This document shows positions 22,585-24,000 of a stretch of DNA of 24,000 nt, piece by piece. Made by a program: the position numbers and the translations under genes. The stretch lies in NCBI GenBank assembly GCA_035509275.1, contig DATJLU010000089.1, positions 21,368 through 45,367 of the forward strand, in the 5' to 3' direction. The number at the start of each line of letters is the position of its first letter. Position 1 is the first letter of the stretch. This stretch comes from Stellaceae bacterium (GTDB lineage Bacteria; Pseudomonadota; Alphaproteobacteria; ATCC43930; CGMCC-115725). Below the pieces are notes generated by a model. That model had not been told where the DNA came from and did no database searches. It saw only the letters and a list, made by a program, of their open reading frames with translations.

Positions 22585-24000
22585 CTACCGGCGTCTTCCG
22601 CCGCCACCACCGCCCGCCCGCAGGCCGCCGCCGGCCGAGGCGTTGGTCCGTGGCGTCCTCGCCGCCGCCGATTGCCGGCTGGCGCGGCCGCGATCGGCCT
22701 GCGCCCGGACCTCTGATCCGTTGCCCATGCCCTGAAACGCCGCCGCCTGCTGACGCTGGGGCGAGGATGCACGCGCGCCGGCGCCCGGTTGGCGCGGGGT
22801 CGAGGAGCCGCTCGCGGCTCGGTTCGCCGTGCCTGCGCCGCCTTGCTGCCGCGCTTGCGCGCTGCCCGCCTGCCGCTGCGCCTGCGCGCCTCCGGCCTGC
22901 CTCTGGGCTTGCGCGCCGCCGGCCCGTCGCTGAGCCTCCCCGGTGCCGGCCGCTGGACGGGCCGTGTTTTGTTTTTGCGCGGCCGCTCGCTGCGTTCCGT
23001 CATAGCCGCGATAGTTGCGGGTCGCCGCGCTCGAGCCGGCCGGCTGACGCTGATAGGTCTGGCGCGTCGCCGGGTCGCGGTAAGCGACGCCCGCCCGATG
23101 CGCGGGGTCGTGGCGCCAGGTATTGCCGTTGCCGGACAGCTGCGCCGCGCGGCCGGATTGGATATTGGCGGAATTGATCGTGTTGTAGCGGTTGCTGTTG
23201 ACGGTGACGTCGCCATGACCCCAATTGCAGTCGCCCCAGCCCCAGAGCGAGCCGACCACCGCGACGCCGGTGGCAAAGGCCATGCCGGAGACAAGCGCGG
23301 TCCCGGCGGGATAGTAGGCGGGCGGCGGCGGGTAATAGGCCGGCGGGTAGGAGGGGTAGGGCCAGGTGCCGTAGGCCGTCGTGGGGTTATAAGTCGGGAC
23401 GTAGACGGTTTGCGGGTCCGCCGGCTGGATCACGACGGTTTGGGTTTGCGGTGCCGCCGGGTCCGTCGCCGGCTCGACCACCACCTTCTGCTGCTCGGTC
23501 GATTTCAGCGTGCCGGCATCCTGCGCCTGTCGGCGCAAGCGCTGCACCGAGCTCATCACATCCGCCTGCTGCGCCAGAAAGGCGTCGCCGAGGCGCTGCG
23601 TCCAGTCGAGCTTGTCGTTCATCATCGTGAGCACGGCCGGAAACGGCACCAGCGACTTGACGCTGGGATCCCAGGGCTGCTGCTCCAGCGCCGCCGCCAA
23701 CGGGTCGCCGGAAAGCTTCGCATTGGCGGGCTCCTCGAGCCAGCGCTCGGCCTTGACGACCTCCAGCGGATATGTCGCGGCCATCAGGATCTGAGCGAGC
23801 AGCTGATCCGGGTAGAGCGCGATCGGCGCCACCATCTGATCGATCTCTTCCGTGCGAAACACCGGCGCTTGCGGGGCGGATGGCGCTTGCGGCGCGTGCG
23901 CCGCCTCGGCCGGCGGAGGGGGCGCGGCATCCTGCGCTTCTGCCGGCACCAGGCCGGCGAGGAAGACCGCCAGCGCGCCGGCTACCGTTCGGATCAGTCT
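22585..24000 (-). CDS. DUF3300-family secreted protein, partial (N-terminal end runs off the right edge)
   Basis: The reading frame stays open to position 24000. The translated edge, RLIRTVAGALAVFLAGLVPAEAQ, looks like a signal peptide. The DUF3300 core is EEIDQMVAPIALYPDQLLAQILMAATYPLEVVKAERW...WDPSVKSLVPFPAVL. This is followed by a Pro/Tyr-rich segment and a Gln/Ala/Arg/Gly low-complexity tail. Confidence 0.8.
   Translation of the reverse strand, partial: RLIRTVAGALAVFLAGLVPAEAQDAAPPPPAEAAHAPQAPSAPQAPVFRTEEIDQMVAPIALYPDQLLAQILMAATYPLEVVKAERWLEEPANAKLSGDPLAAALEQQPWDPSVKSLVPFPAVLTMMNDKLDWTQRLGDAFLAQQADVMSSVQRLRRQAQDAGTLKSTEQQKVVVEPATDPAAPQTQTVVIQPADPQTVYVPTYNPTTAYGTWPYPSYPPAYYPPPPAYYPAGTALVSGMAFATGVAVVGSLWGWGDCNWGHGDVTVNSNRYNTINSANIQSGRAAQLSGNGNTWRHDPAHRAGVAYRDPATRQTYQRQPAGSSAATRNYRGYDGTQRAAAQKQNTARPAAGTGEAQRRAGGAQAQRQAGGAQAQRQAGSAQARQQGGAGTANRAASGSSTPRQPGAGARASSPQRQQAAAFQGMGNGSEVRAQADRGRASRQSAAARTPRTNASAGGGLRAGGGGGGRRR
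22837..22947 (-). repeat. Imperfect 27-nt (9-codon) tandem repeats inside the DUF3300 gene, encoding (G-G-A-Q-A-Q-R-Q-A)n
   Basis: The translated segment GEAQRRAGGAQAQRQAGGAQAQRQAGSAQARQQGGAG shows three to four 9-residue units. The coordinates were derived by counting codons back from the stop at 22585. Confidence 0.6.

Noticed and set aside
21340-23294. 458-aa plus, 251-aa plus and 247-aa minus ORFs overlapping the DUF2950/DUF3300 genes
   Set aside because: They are antisense or off-frame to genes with recognisable DUF2950 and DUF3300 motifs. Their translations are extreme Arg/Pro/Ala low complexity.
1-24000. CRISPR arrays, transposases, integrases, tRNA/rRNA genes, toxin-antitoxin or known defence-system genes
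   Set aside because: I found no regularly spaced direct repeats, no recombinase or transposase motifs and no nuclease, ATPase or helicase signatures in any convincing frame. tRNA absence rests on visual inspection only and should be confirmed with tRNAscan-SE.

Overview
This is a high-GC window, about 65% in the stretches I counted by hand. It looks like an alphaproteobacterial (Rhizobiales-like) chromosome, but that taxonomic guess is inference only. It is densely coding and dominated by cell-envelope and secreted proteins. I saw no rRNA, tRNA, CRISPR array, transposase, integrase or recognisable transcription factor.

Roughly 1-17 kb is a sulfatase-rich accessory-looking region. It holds three paralogous Cys-type sulfatases with active-site motif S-C-T-A-G-R, at 1563-3056, 12460-14049 and 15056-16774, all on the minus strand. 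Interleaved with them are:
- two outer-membrane beta-barrel candidates
- a DUF3313-like lipoprotein
- two paralogous small secreted two-Cys proteins
- a DUF202 membrane protein and a 4-TM protein of unknown function
- a membrane-anchored TAXI-like solute-binding protein with no TRAP permease partner
- a two-gene unit encoding a secreted 402-aa unknown protein and an octaheme c-type cytochrome fused to HEAT-like and TPR repeats

The region 17.5-21 kb is a canonical, translationally coupled pqiABC (paraquat-inducible / MCE lipid-transport) operon. The region 21.2-24 kb is a minus-strand operon of DUF3300 (5' end off the window), DUF2950 and a small secreted protein.

No defence or mobile system is evident. 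The best candidates for undescribed biology are:
- the secreted-unknown plus octaheme-HEAT-TPR pair
- the leaderless sulfatase operon with DUF202 and a 4-TM protein
- the recurrent small secreted protein family
- the DUF3300/DUF2950 module

Many long ORFs in the track are antisense or off-frame shadows typical of high-GC DNA, and I rejected them. All family assignments come from reading motifs in the translations by eye. No database search was run.
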